From: Eledone cirrhosa | Taxonomy: Eukaryota | Reading direction: 5' to 3' | Assembly: GCA_964016885.1 (NCBI GenBank) | Contig: OZ024759.1 | Coordinates: forward strand, 11,966,001-12,030,000 | Length of the DNA stretch: 64,000 nucleotides | In this document: piece after piece, positions 1 to 13,771 of the stretch | Layout of the letters: every line of letters begins with the position of its first letter | How positions within the stretch are numbered: the first letter of the stretch is position 1 | Position numbers and translations under genes: made by a program | The notes under the pieces: generated by a model | Told to the model about the DNA's origin: nothing | The model's database searches: none | What the model saw: only the letters and a program-made list of their open reading frames with translations

Positions 1-1418
1 GGCTTCCCGCCCACATTCATTATCTTCTGTGGCTCCTTAATGTTCTCTACTAGATACTTCGTCGTCTTAATCTCATTCATTCTCATTTCATCAGCAAATT
101 CACCATTTGATATCTTTTTCACCTGAACTCTCCTGATCTGAGCCGGTGTTACAGTAAAGCCAGAGTCCTGGTGTTTCTCTGAGCCAGTGTTACAGTAAAG
201 CCAGAGTCCTGGTATTTCTCTGAGCCAGTGTTACAGTAAAGCCAGAGTCCTGGTGTTTCTCTGAGCCAGTGTTACAGTAAAGCCAGAGTCCTGGTATTTC
301 TCTGAGCCAGTGTTACAGTAAAGCCAGAGTCCTGGTGTTTCTCTGAGCCAGTGTTACAGTAAAGCCAGAGTCCTGGTATTTCTCTGAGCCAGTGTTACAG
401 TAAAGCCAGAGTCCTGGTGTTTCTCTGAGCCAGTGTTACAGTAAAGCCAGAGTCCTGGTGTTTCTCTGAGCCGGTGTTACAGTAAAGCCAGAGTCTTGGT
501 GTTTCTCTGAGCCGGTGTTACAGTAAAGCCAGAGTCCTGGTGTTTCTCTGAGCCGGTTTTACAGTAAAGCCAGAGTCCTGGTGTTTCTCTGAGCCGGTGT
601 TACAGTAGAGCCAGAGTCCTGGTGTTTCTCTGAGCCGGTGTTACAGTAAAGCCAGAGTCCTGGTGTTTCTCTGAGCCGGTGTTACAGTAGAGCCAGAGTC
701 CTGGTGTTTCTCTGAGCCGGTGTTACAGTAAAGCCAGAGTCCTGGTATTTCTCTGAGCCGGTGTTACAGTAAAGCCAGAGTCCTGGTGTTTCTCTGAGCC
801 GGTGTTACAGTAAAGCCAGAGTCCTGGTGTTTCTCTGAGCCAGTGTTACAGTAAAGCCAGAGTCCTGGTGTTTCTCTGAGCCGGTGTTACAGTAAAGCCA
901 GCGTCTTGGTGCTTCACTAGTGCAAGGCACATACAATAGTCCACTGCGATGATGAAAAGGTAGGGAGCCAATGTATCTCCCTGTAGCACTCCAGCCAGTA
1001 TCTCAAAGAACTCCTTCATCCCGTCAGGTGTAATGACTTGGACGCTGGTATTGGTGTAGAGCAGTGATATAAGGTCCACTGTCTTCTTGAGGATTCCATA
1101 AGCCTGTAAGATCTTCATCAAGGCCTTTGATTCAGATGAATCAAAGGCCTTCCTGAAGTCAATCAAAACCATGACAGCAGGAAGGCTCTTTGCTCTAGCT
1201 CCCTCTAATATCCTCCTCAGCATCAGGATGTGACTGGTGGTTGATCTTCCCTCTCTGAAGCTGTTCTGGTTTTCCCTGAGCTTCTTTTCCATTCTGGATC
1301 AGTGAAGGATCAGTAACATCGTCCCTGTACCATAGAAGGGAGTCTCTCTAACAACTACAGAGGAATCTCACTGACATCACTTGAGGCAAAGACCCTCAAC
1401 AGGATGATTCTTAACTGG
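1..1418 (-). mobile_element. Decayed RTE-type non-LTR retrotransposon RT fragment in an unc-13 intron, with inverted 5' segment
   Basis: Minus ORF 846-1292 has RT motifs (NQNSFREGRST, IDFRKAFDS, GVLQGDTLAPYLFII). The frame resumes below the minisatellite (GFTVTPAQIRRVQVKKISNGEFADE..MNEIKT). The upstream motif SNIVPVP*KG..NNYRGISLTSLEAKTLNRMILN lies on the + strand at ~1312-1418. Confidence 0.9.
138..915. repeat. 41-bp minisatellite (~19 copies) amplified from inside the RT coding sequence
   Basis: Unit CTGAGCCRGTGTTACAGTAAAGCCAGAGTCCTGGTRTTTCT; GAGCC recurs at 181 and 222. Confidence 0.95.
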
Positions 1419-1679
1419 GTCTTGTTAATGTGGGATGTTAATTCCAATGTTTATAGTATCTTTACTAGAGGACAGATCGTTGTGAAAATTTACAGTAATA
1501 TAGTAAAGACCTTAATATTAAATGTGATGAAGTCATATTGTTGTTTTATATTTTTCAAGAATATCTTGATAATGTGGTTTCATATGGTACAGGATGTTAA
1601 ATTTTTGTTTTTATGCTATACAATATATATGTGATATTTTTATGTTATACAATAAATATGTGATATTTGTCTTTCCCAG

Positions 1680-1775
1680 ACCAACCAAGCTCTGAAGATC
1701 CCGTTGGAGAAGTTTCTATACAAGTAGATTTATTTACCCATCCCGGAACTGGAGAACATAAAGTTACTGTTAAGG
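1680..1775 (+). CDS. unc-13: unc-13/Munc13 internal exon (entry into C2C domain)
   Basis: tttcccag acceptor and gtatg donor, 96 nt, phase 1/1; encodes [31 protein letters not shown], the conserved Munc13 motif. Confidence 0.95.
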
Positions 1776-1887
1776 GTATGTTTTATATTTCACCAGAGGC
1801 ACAGTTGCCTATGTTAACTATAAGGTCCGCTAGTTGATAGCTGTGTGGTTAAGAGATGTTAGTGACTTCGAAGTTTCTCTTTGATTT

Positions 1888-1974
1888 CTTCTTCTTCTTC
1901 TTCTTCTTCTTCTTCTTCTTCTTCTTCTTCTTCTTCTTCTTCTTCTTCTTCTTCTTCTTCTTTTTCTTCTTCTT
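1888..1974. repeat. (TTC)n microsatellite
   Basis: Near-perfect TTC run. Confidence 0.95.
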
Positions 1975-2044
1975 GTGTTAGATGAAGCAGAAATCAAGCT
2001 GAAACTTAAAATTACTGACTTATTTCTACTGAGAAAATGAAATA

Positions 2045-2155
2045 CACAGAGTTACGGCCCTTTACGTTCTGAGTTCAAAACCCACCAACGTTAGCTTTGC
2101 CTTTCGTCCTTTCGGAGGTTGATAAAATAAAGTAGCAGTAATGCACTGGGGTTGT
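2045..2155 (+). mobile_element. Partial tRNA-derived SINE (family S1)
   Basis: gagttcaaa B-box followed by ctttgcctttc..gataaaataaagta.cagtaatgcactgggg, shared with other S1 copies. Confidence 0.8.
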
Positions 2156-2291
2156 GTGTATATTATATATACAAAATTTGATCAAATTGCAATAACACAA
2201 TGTACTGTAATAAATTAGTATTAAAATATTTATACGAATTTTCCTTTTCCTGAAGTGTGTATACATTTTATTGGCAGACTCTGTATATAAT

Positions 2292-2785
2292 ACTAGCAGT
2301 GGTACCCAGCATTGCACGGGATAAGGTATTGTGAAATATATAACCACCTTAGCTAAGCTTAGTATTGCCACAACCACGGCTGGTAAAGAAGTAAGGGTCT
2401 GGTGGTACGTCAGTAAGCAACACTGTGGCTTAAAACGTGAGGAAGAAGTTGTGTGCACTTACCAACTTTGAAAAGAGAAAGACTGCAGTAACGAGTAAAA
2501 AAGCAAGTGTAAATATTTATAAGAGCTACGCAGTCTTGTTTATGGAGGTTTTTATTTACTAGGACGTGTGTTTTGATGCATAGAATTGGTAATATTACTG
2601 TAATTTATTGTGTTTCTTTTTATCTGTTTAAAGATCAGTTGGGCTTCTGCTACTGATATGGTACTTTCGATTCTAGCTTGAATTTTAACCCCTTCAAAAG
2701 TACTAACTATATAATAGTCAACCCGATAAATTTAACCTTAAATAATAGTCTAAAAATTCCACATTTACGCGAGTATATATAGTGT
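2292..2785 (-). mobile_element. Putative non-autonomous Helitron-like element
   Basis: Minus strand ends CCCGTGCAATGCTGGG hairpin, 8 nt, then CTAG|T, the Helitron 3' signature; the 5' boundary is a guess. Confidence 0.5.
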
Positions 2786-2796
2786 ATATGTGTCTG

Positions 2797-3030
2797 AAGG
2801 CATGTAGCTGAGTGGTTAGAGAATTGGATTTGCAATCATGAGTTTGTGAGTTCGATTCCCAGACCAGGCGATGCGTTGTGTCCTTGGGCAAGACATTTTA
2901 TTTCATATTGCTCCTTCTACCTGGAGTTGCGACTGATAGAGAGTATTAGCAATTAGAAAGTCCAATGGAAACATCGTTTCCTCAGTCCGATTTGACAAAA
3001 GATCGATTGACTGTCTATGTGTGTGCGTTA
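2797..3030 (+). mobile_element. tRNA-derived CORE-like SINE (family S2)
   Basis: A-box tagctgagtgg, B-box gagttcgattc, then tgtgtccttgggcaagaca. Related copies near 15200-15310, 56110-56640 and 57180-57440. Confidence 0.75.
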
Positions 3031-3156
3031 ATTGTCAAAGCTCTTTTGTCACACATCCTGTGACCTCACCAATGACTAATCTTGTTACTGATTATGCTAT
3101 AAAAAGAATGAAATAAAAGTATTCCTGAAATAATGTTTGTTTTCTGTATTTACCAG

Positions 3157-3316
3157 TGGTTGCTTGCAATGACCTCAAATGGCAGACGGCCAGTATGTTT
3201 CGTCCGTTTGTTGAGGTGCACCTGATCGGGCCTCACCTCAGTGACAAGAAAAGGAAACATTCCACAAAATCAAAGAGCAACAACTGGTCTCCTAAGTTAA
3301 ATGAAACTTTCCAATT
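3157..3316 (+). CDS. unc-13: unc-13/Munc13 penultimate coding exon (C2C domain)
   Basis: taccag acceptor and gtaagt donor, 160 nt; [54 protein letters not shown]; phases fit both neighbouring exons. Confidence 0.96.
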
Positions 3317-3339
3317 GTAAGTATATTGTATTTTATTTG

Positions 3340-3900
3340 AATTGGCAGTATCGGTAGAGGGTCGGATATGCTTTCCTGCTTAGTTACGTCCCTTTACGAT
3401 CTGAGTTCAAATCCCGCCGAGGTTAACTTTGCCTTTCATCCATACAGAGGTCGATAAAATAAAGTACCAGTAATGTACTGGGTAATTGCTGGCCTTGTGC
3501 CAAAAGTAGAAACAATTATTATTAGGGTGGGGTAATGGGAGTGGATTGGCAGTATCAGCAGAGGGTCGGACGCCATGCTTTCATGCATAGAGTTACGGCC
3601 CTTGCCATTCTGAGTTCAAATCCCGCCGAGGTTAGCTTTGCCTTTCATCCTTACGGGGTCGATAAAATAAAGTACCAGTAATTCACTGGGTAATTGCTGG
3701 CCTTGTGCCAAAAGTAGAAACAATTATTAGGGCTGGGATTGGCTGAGTAAGTAAAGCATTGAGCAGCATGCTTTGCGGTATAGAGTTGTGGCCCTTTACG
3801 TTCTGAGATCAAATCCTGCCAAGGATAGCTTTGCCTTTCATCCTTCCAAGTTCAATAAAATAAAGTACCAGTAATGCACTGGGGTCAATTTAATCGATTT
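3340..3900 (+). mobile_element. Three tandem S1 SINE copies
   Basis: Repeated ggcagtatcggtagagggtcgga..gagttcaaatcccgccgaggttaactttgcctttcatcc..gataaaataaagtaccagtaat..ggccttgtgcc; the first two end in (ATT)n tails, the third is more diverged. Confidence 0.9.
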
Positions 3901-4082
3901 TCTGCCTTAATCAGAAACCATTATTATTTTTATTCACTTTGAATTTAATCTAAACAACATCATAATAATAATGATAGACATTCAATGTCTGTTTTGTGTG
4001 TATATATATACATACAAATATATATATATATAAATATATATATATACACACAAACACATATATATATATAAATATATATATA

Positions 4083-4499
4083 GACCCGCCTTACCTAAAT
4101 ACAAAGTAAAACCTACTACAGTCAGTAGGCATCTCTAACAAAATACACCCCTGTCCCACCACCCCCACCCCATCCACACCGCCCCCTTCTATGTAAAGTT
4201 ATGTTGGTGCCACACCATCCAGGCCGAAACAAATGAGATCGTGTAGGTATCACGACAAAAAAAAAAAAACGCACAGTCCACGCTGTAATGTGGCCGTGTA
4301 GGCAACACGGTAAAAACCTCCCAGACCCACACTGTAAATGTGGTTGGTGTTAGGAAGGGCATCCAGCTGTAGAAAACCTGCCAGACAGTCCTATGCGAGC
4401 AATGACAACCACTCTTGCCTCAAGTGGGAAAACCCCCGTCCAAACCCATGCAAGCGTGGAACACGGACGTTAAACGTTGATGATGATGATGATGATGAT
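4083..4499 (+). mobile_element. Non-coding retroelement with RTE-like 3' end and (GAT)n tail
   Basis: ttaggaagggcatccagctgtagaaa..aacccatgcaagcgtggaacacggacgttaaa(tga)n; homologous inverted copy at 52646-53105 and many tail stubs. Confidence 0.8.
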
Positions 4500-4552
4500 A
4501 TACACACATATATATATAGATACATATATACATATATATATATATATATGTA

Positions 4553-4960
4553 TTTATTAAAATAACAGATTAAAGTTTAAGCAAAGAATCACTGCTTTCA
4601 CCCTTAACAGGATCTTCTGAGACTAAAAGAAATCACTCTGTCAACGCAGAAGTAAATATTTCGAAAAACGTTATAGAATATTAGTCTACGACTCTATTTA
4701 TACCATAAACGTGGTTTTCTCTTTGCGCGTAATTGTTCTCATCGCTCCACATAACAACGTATTATCTTCGCTTTTTTCCGTTCATTGCCAGGGAACATCT
4801 CCACAAACCAAAGTATCGTCTTCCTGTCTTCCTTCAGCTGCAACGTTTTTCGAAATATTTACTTCTGCGTTCACAGATTGATTTCTTTTTTAGTTTCAGA
4901 AGATCCCGTTAAGAGTGAAAGCAGAGATTCTTTGCTTAAGCTTGAATCTGTTATTTTAAT
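4553..4960. mobile_element. Fold-back element family A (TA-flanked, hammerhead-like)
   Basis: Arms ~4555-4672 and ~4842-4960 are reverse complements; same family at 5161-5270 (tail only), 21183-21400 and 51121-51520. Confidence 0.85.
4892..4942 (+). ncRNA. Type I hammerhead-like motif with CAGAAGA core variant
   Basis: agttt-CAGAAGA-tccc gttaa gagt-GAAA-gca..tgc-TT-aagct; other copies read gggt and aaact, giving better stems. Confidence 0.55.
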
Positions 4961-5009
4961 ATATATATATATATATATATATTTTCAGGTCTCTACGACC
5001 TATATATAA

Positions 5010-5153
5010 GTTAACGTATGTTGATGCCCTAAGGACAGACACTGGTCTGTTGGAGATGCAGGACATGGCAGCGATAATGAGGGACAGAGACCGCTGGAGA
5101 GAACTCGTCCATGGATCTCGGGAATTTTACCCGCCTTAGATAGATAGATAGAT
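5010..5153 (+). mobile_element. 3' terminus of an RTE-type LINE with (TAGA)n tail
   Basis: Translates LTYVDALRTDTGLLEMQDMAAIMRDRDRWRELVHGSREFYPP*, followed directly by tagatagataga. Confidence 0.8.
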
Positions 5154-5719
5154 ATATATATATAGTAATAATAATAAATGTGAAGACTAAAATCCGAAGA
5201 GGCCTCGATAAGGATAATATATATATATCAAAATATATAAAACCATAGAGTTAATCTGTTATTTTTTATAAATATATACATATATATATATATATACACA
5301 TGTATATACATACATATATATATAAATATACATATATATGTATATATACATATATATGCATATATATATATGTACATATATATATATATGTACATATATA
5401 TATATATGTGTGTGTACATATATATATATACATATATATATACATATACTTATATATAGATATATATATATATATATATATATACAAGTTATATATATAC
5501 ACATTATATATACAAGTTATATATACACAAATATATATATGCATATATATACAAGTTATATATACACATATATATATATGTGTATATATAACTTGTATAT
5601 ATATATGCATATATATATGTGTATATATAACTTGTATATATAATGCGTATATATATATACATGTGTATATATAATGTGTATATATATATATATATATACA
5701 TGTGTATATATAACGTGTA

Positions 5720-5816
<97 letters not shown>

Positions 5817-6349
5817 TATCATCATCATCATCACCGTTTTACGTCTGTCTTTCCACGCTAGCAATATGTATACCCTCGAAGAGTGAAAAACCGTGAATAT
5901 TGGACATGGTTCATAGAAATACCTATAAACATCAGAAAATAATGTAAAATAGGGGCCAGCAAATACAGTATATTGTTGTTAATAATTTAGTGTTAGAGAA
6001 ATATATATTGCCACGAAAAAAGCCATTAAAAAATCATGGAAGATATTTATGGTTTCCCCAAACAATTATTAGTTAGGTTCTACAGAAAACTCCGCAAATA
6101 ACTGGGAGTGCTGGGACTACGAATGCCATGGATACACTGTGTATCATTTAATGTTTGTTTTCCTTACATGCTGTACATATATGATGAAGACCGTGGCAAG
6201 TGGAGAGATGCTGTGCTGTATAGGACCCGTCCCACCCTTGCAGGCAGGGAAAAGCGGACGTAAAATGATGATGATGATGATGATATATTTGAAAAAAGGA
6301 AAAGAATAAGTTTACTTGTAGCTCTAAACAATTTAATTATATATATATA

Positions 6350-6690
6350 TAAGGTAAGTTATTCCGGGTTGAATCGGAGGTAACCACAGTAAGTAAGGTA
6401 CTCAATACATAGCAGAGTATAAAAGTTTTAATATAGATGAGATTCTACAGGACTAGAACTGTTTCATTCTTTAGAAATCATCAGGAATCTGGCTTTCCAA
6501 AATAAATGTTGTGGTATTTATATCTTTTCTGGTGGTAGGAGAGGGTGGGGAGTGGGATGGGTGGAGGTCATTGGTTGAAAGAAAAGGGAATTCATTAAAA
6601 GCTAATTCTTTGAGGCTATAATTTATATTTAGAGTGACAAAGGCAGAAAGAATTCTATAAACAAGTTCAAAATGGGGTAACACTCCTCAT
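6350..6690 (-). mobile_element. Family B Penelope-like pLTR fragment in a (TA)n tract
   Basis: TA-flanked, homologous to 47225-47507, carries a hammerhead and the tail hairpin (6397-6418). Confidence 0.8.
6441..6489 (-). ncRNA. Type I hammerhead ribozyme (canonical core, GUA site)
   Basis: gattc-CTGATGA-tttctaaagaat-GAAA-cag ttctagtc ctg-TA-gaatc; stems I and III pair fully, stem II is short. Confidence 0.85.
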
Positions 6691-6797
6691 TTTTAAGTTA
6701 TATATATATATATAGCCCCGTGGAGCTAATATAAAGGAAATCATTTTATGTTGATCATCAACCCTCATCATTATTATAATTATTATTAATTTTTCAG

Positions 6798-7083
6798 CAT
6801 AATTGGTAACGAGGACGAACCTGATGCCTACGAGCTCCATATTTGCGTCAAAGATTATTGCTTTGCCCGTGAAGATCGTCAAATTGGAGTGGCTGTGATG
6901 CAGCTACGTGACATTGTTGAACAAGGTAGCTGTGCATGTTGGTGCGCCTTAGGTAAACGCCTCAATTTAGATGAAACAGGCTGGACTATTCTGAGAATTC
7001 TGTCTCAGAGAACTAACGATGAAGTTGCTAAGGAGTTTGTCAAGTTGAAATCGGAATGCCGACACCAAGAAGAAGTAGGATGA
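6798..7083 (+). CDS. unc-13: unc-13/Munc13 last coding exon
   Basis: ttttcag acceptor; [76 protein letters not shown], the conserved Munc13 C-terminus. Confidence 0.97.
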
Positions 7084-7918
7084 AATACGAAATACATTTT
7101 TTGAAGCGTTTTTTTCTCTCAGTTGTCAATTATTATCTGATTCCTAAAATAAGTTTAAAAAGAGAAGTATACCGAAATTTTTTTTTTCTAAAAAAAAACA
7201 AACCAACCAATTATTTCATCTAAATCTTGGCATATGTTTTTTTTTGTGTCTGTTTTTTTTTTTCTCTCCAAAAAACCATATGCCTCTTAACGATGAAAAT
7301 ATCTGGGGTACATATGTGGAAATTTTAATTTTGCTAATTATTACCTTGGTAGGTATTAATTGACTTAATAACGATGATTGATTTATCAGAGGTATATCTC
7401 GTTCATCTTTATTATGTTGTACTTTTCAGTCACTAAAATTACCATGATACCCGGGTACAAGGAGAAAGGTGTACTTTTTTTTAAAGCAAATAATACAATA
7501 ATATGCTAATGTTAATTTCTCATAGAGTTCTTTGGGGATTGTTGTATGAGTTTCTCCAGTTTATTGAAAGCTGGGGTAATTTATGAAACAATTCATATTT
7601 AAAACAAAAGAACAAAAGAAAAGAAAGAAAATAAAGAAATGAATGCAGAACTTCCAGATAATCGTTTATGACATAATTAGTGAGTACAAGTCAATTAATT
7701 ATTATTTTGCATGTTACCTAACTCCAATAATCTTTATTTATTTAAAAAAATATAATTTGATATAAATTTTACTGCCAAAGTTGACTAATGATATAAATAT
7801 AATTCATTGATTATGCTCAAAAAACAAAGAAAAAGAAAAATAAGTGTTCAATCTTCATAAACAGATAAACAAAATATAAAAAAAACAACCTTACTACATA
7901 CAATTTCATGGCAGTGTG

Positions 7919-7973
<55 letters not shown>

Positions 7974-9346
7974 TATATATATATATGCAGCTTTGTACGA
8001 TTCTAATTACTAATACTACTAATGATAATACTACTAATACTACTACTAATGTAATAATAATATTAATAATAATAATGATAATGATAATAATAATAATGAT
8101 ATTAATTCGTTATTTATTTCTTTTGGGATTATTTTTTAAATAAATTAAAATCTAACTTTGGAAAATTGTTTTTAAAAATGTTGATCTAGTACGAGAAAGT
8201 ATTCCTTGAGAAACTTCAAATTGGTTGAACCAATGCTAATCATGATTGGATCGTTGATGAATCATTTAATGGTGGCATTCGTTAAGATTTCAGAAATGAG
8301 TGTGACAACAAAAATATACTTTAAAAAACAAAAATAGAAACAAACAAAAAAGAAAAACCAAACCAAACAAATAAATATATAAAGAAAAATAAACAGTGTT
8401 TATAAATTACAAACACTTAAAATATAAATTACAATAATTAATTAAAGGTTGTTTTTTTAATGAAACAAATTTTTTTTTCGATTTTCGTTGTGTTTAATTA
8501 AACATGTTACCCTCGTTCTGTTGTGTTTAATTAAACATATTACCCTCGTTTTGTTGTGTTTAATTAAACATGTTATCCTCATTCTGTTGTTTAATTAAAC
8601 ATGTTACCCTCATTCTGTTGTTTAATTAAACATGTTACCCTCATTCCATTGTGTTTAATTAAACATGTTACCCTTGTTCTGTTCTGTTTAATTAAACACG
8701 TTACCCTCATTCCATTGTGTTTAATTAAACATGTTCCCCTCATTCTGTTGTGTTTAATTAAACACGTTTATCTCTTTCTGTTGTGTTTAATCATGGACTG
8801 CTGGTCAGCTGACAACCTCTCTGCCGTGAACTCCAATGATGTCAAAATTGAATTATTTAAGCATTAAAATTATTTGCTAAAGTCTAATAAAGAAAACTAA
8901 TTCATTCATGAATTAATTATCTCATAATTTTTTTTATCCTCGTAATTTTTTCATAAAGGAAAAGTTAAGATATTTAATACTCTCTTTATCTTGTTGATGT
9001 TGTATATAAATAAGGTATTGGATATTTTCAGTTCTCTTTCAATATTTGTGAATTTATCGGTCAAATTTGCCATTTTTATCAATTATTAAATTAATATCGG
9101 TTTTAAAGGAGAAATTCTTTGAAATAGTTAAAGTCAAACTTTGGTTTTATAGATCGGTTTCTAGCAGAAGTGTTTTATAGAAAGATACTGGCTTCATTTT
9201 AAACTCTTGCTTCCATTTAATTCATTCAAACAATATTTGGGTTTTTTTTTATTTTCTAAAAATTGCATTTTTTTTTTTTTCGTGTGAAAAAAAAATGGTG
9301 CTTCATAAACAAACAAATAAACAAAAACTTAATAATGGTAATAATG

Positions 9347-9380
<34 letters not shown>

Positions 9381-9785
9381 TAATAATAATAATGATAAGC
9401 ATTCTCTGATGGTTTGTGTTTACCATTAAAAGATTAAATAACCATGAAAAAAAAATCATCTTGGTGCTTTCATAATCAGCTGTTTATCAATATATATACT
9501 ATAAATATATAAATATATATAAACTATAAATATATATATATCATAAATATATATACTCTGAATATATATATATCATAAATATATATACAATAAATAAACA
9601 TACATACTATAAATTTATAAACTATAAATATATATATACTATGAATATATATGCTATAACTATATACACTATAAATATATATATATACTATAAATATATA
9701 TACACTATAGATATGTATATTATAAAGAAAATTCTACATTAAGATGTTGCTACAATAAATAAACCACATTTTCATATCCTCAACT
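7084..9785 (+). other. unc-13: Probable unc-13 3' UTR ending near overlapping AATAAA signals (9754-9763)
   Basis: TE-poor A/U-rich tract after the stop codon; AATAAATAAA at 9754 precedes the return to TE/microsatellite DNA. The true end needs transcript data. Confidence 0.5.
8485..8790. repeat. ~33-bp minisatellite with palindromic core TGTTTAATTAAACA
   Basis: About 9-10 units of ttgtgtttaattaaacatgttaccctcattctg. Confidence 0.9.
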
Positions 9786-10321
9786 CTAGAAGATAGTTAT
9801 TTCTCGATACTCTTAAAAAATTCTCATTATAAACTTTTATTTTATAAACCTTTCCAACCCATCCCCCCAACCCCGTAATAATTATGTATCTGTTGCTAAT
9901 TTATTTAACATTAAATATATAAATATATATATATGTAAGTGTATATGTATACAGATATATATGTGTATATACATGCCAACACGAGAGCAAGAAAGAATGA
10001 AGGGTTCATTCTACTGAGATGGCTATAAAATTGAGGCTTGTTTGCATAATTGCAAACGAATCGAATGTTATTATTAATATTCGTAAAACTCAGATTACAC
10101 ACACACACATATATATATATATATAAATATAAATATAAGTATGTATACATACATACATATATGTATACAGATGTACAGTAGTATGTATATATATACATAC
10201 ATGTACACATATATATATGTACGTATGGGTTTACCAAACATTTATTATAATATAATATAATATATATATAATATATATATATCCATGCTAGCATGGAAAA
10301 TAGATGTTAAACGATGATGAT

Positions 10322-10356
<35 letters not shown>

Positions 10357-10365
10357 ATATATATG

Positions 10366-10396
<31 letters not shown>

Positions 10397-10639
10397 ATAG
10401 ACATGTATGCACAGACACACACACAATTATATATATAGAATGTGCTATAAAGTCATATAAAATTGAAAATTTTCTGAAATAGAAAAGAATTTTGGAATTA
10501 TTTAAATTTATTTGTGATATTTTTTTAATATATGCATCAGAAGTTCCAAAGGAAATTTCCAGCTCTGTTTTATATACACACATATATATACACACATATA
10601 TATACATACATATATATATATACATATATATACAATACA

Positions 10640-10661
10640 CAATATAGATATACAACACAAA

Positions 10662-10692
<31 letters not shown>

Positions 10693-13262
10693 TATACAAC
10701 ATACAATATATATATGCATACATATATATATATATATACATAGATATACAACACACAATATATATACATAGATATACAACATACAATATATATATATACA
10801 TAGATATACAACATACAATATATATATATACATAGATATACAACACACAACATATATATATATATACATAGATATACCACAACATATATATATATACATA
10901 GATATACAACACACAATATATATATATACATAGATATACAACACACAACATATATATATATATACATAGATATACAACACACAATATATATATATATACA
11001 TAGATATACAACACACAACATATATATATATACATAGATATACAACACACAATATATATATATACATAGATATACAACATACAACATATATATATATATA
11101 CATAGATATACAACACACAACATATATATATATACATAGATATACAACACACAATATATATATATACATAGATATACAACACACAACATATATATATATA
11201 TACATAGATATACAACACACAACATATATATATATACATAGATATACAACACACAACATATATATATATACATAGATATACAACACACAATATATATATA
11301 TACATAGATATACAACACACAATATATATATATATACATAGATATACAACATACAATATATATATATACATAGATATACAACACACAATATACATAGATA
11401 TACAACACACAATATATATACATAGATATACAACATACAATATATATATATACATAGATATACAACATACAATATATATATATACATAGATATACAACAC
11501 ACAACATATATATATATATACATAGATATACAACATACAATATATATATATACATAGATATACAACACACAATATATATATATACATAGATATACAACAC
11601 ACAATATACATAGATATACAACACACAATATATATATATACATAGATATACAACATACAACATATATATATACATAGATATACAACACACAATATACATA
11701 GATATACAACACACAATATATATATATACATAGATATACAACACACAACATATATATATATACATAGATATACAACATACAATATATATATATACATAGA
11801 TATACAACACACAATATACATAGATATACAACACACAATATATATATATATACATAGATATACAACACACAATATATATATATACATAGATATACAACAC
11901 ACAATATACATAGATATACAACACACAACATATATATATATACATAGATATACAACACACAATATATATATATACATAGATATACAACACACAATATACA
12001 TAGATATACAACACACAATATATATATATACATAGATATACAACACACAACATATATATATATATACATAGATATACAACACACAATATATATATATACA
12101 TAGATATACAACACACAATATATATATATACATAGATATACAACATACAATATATATATATACATAGATATACAACACACAATATATATATATACATAGA
12201 TATACAACACACAATATACATAGATATACAACACACAATATATATATATACATAGATATACAACACACAATATACATAGATATACAACACACAATATATA
12301 TATATTCATAGATATACAACATACAATATATATATATACATAGATATACAACATACAATATATATATATACATAGATATACAACACACAACATATATATA
12401 TATATACATAGATATACAACACACAATATATATACATAGATATACAACATACAATATATATATATACATAGATATACAACATACAATATATATATATACA
12501 TAGATATACAACACACAACATATATATATATATATACATAGATATACAACACACAATATATATATATATACATAGATATACAACATACAATATATATATA
12601 TACATAGATATACAACACACAATATACGTAGATATACAACACACAATATATATATATATACATAGATATACAACATACAATATATATATATACATAGATA
12701 TACAACACACAATATATATATATACATAGATATACAACACACAACATATATATATATATACATAGATATACAACACACAATATATATATATATATACATA
12801 GATATACAACACACAATATATATATATACATAGATATACAACACACAATATATATATATATATACATAGATATACAACACACAATATATATATATATATA
12901 CATAGATATACAACATACAATATATATATATACATAGATATACAACACACAACATATATATATATATACATAGATATACAACACACAATATATATACATA
13001 GATATACAACATACAATATATATATATACATAGATATACAACACACAATATATATACATAGATATACAACATACAATATATATATATACATAGATATACA
13101 ACATACAATATATATATATACATAGATATACAACACACAATATATATATATACATAGATATACAACACACAATATATATATATACATAGATATACAACAC
13201 ACAATATACATAGATATACAACACACAATATATATATATACATAGATATACAACATACAATA
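10640..13262. repeat. Satellite ACATAGATATACAACAYACAA(TA)n, variable ~26-40 bp units
   Basis: Dozens of copies; accounts for the 681-911 aa pseudo-ORFs. Confidence 0.95.
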
Positions 13263-13518
13263 TATATATTTGTTGGAAGACAGGGGTGAGATGTGGTCCT
13301 TCCTCCCCTTTAGAAGTACAGTAACTCCAAATACAACCCTATATGCCATGCCTCACCTGTCCAACCCATACCAACTGGGTAAACAGATGTAGTATAATGG
13401 TTGTGATGTTAATATATATATATATATACATATATACATATTTATTTACCTGTTTAAATACATATACAATTATATATATTTACATGCATGCATGTATGTT
13501 TATATATATATATGTATG

Positions 13519-13554
<36 letters not shown>

Positions 13555-13700
13555 TATATCTGTGTGTGTGTGTGTATGTATATATGTATATATGTGTATA
13601 TATATATATGTATATATCTGTATATATATATGTATACATATACGTATATATATATATACATATCTATGCATATATATATATATACCCATATGTATACATA

Positions 13701-13771
<71 letters not shown>

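Noticed and set aside
6889-7083. Stand-alone 64-aa ORF
   Set aside because: It is the 3' part of the spliced unc-13 last exon that starts at 6798.
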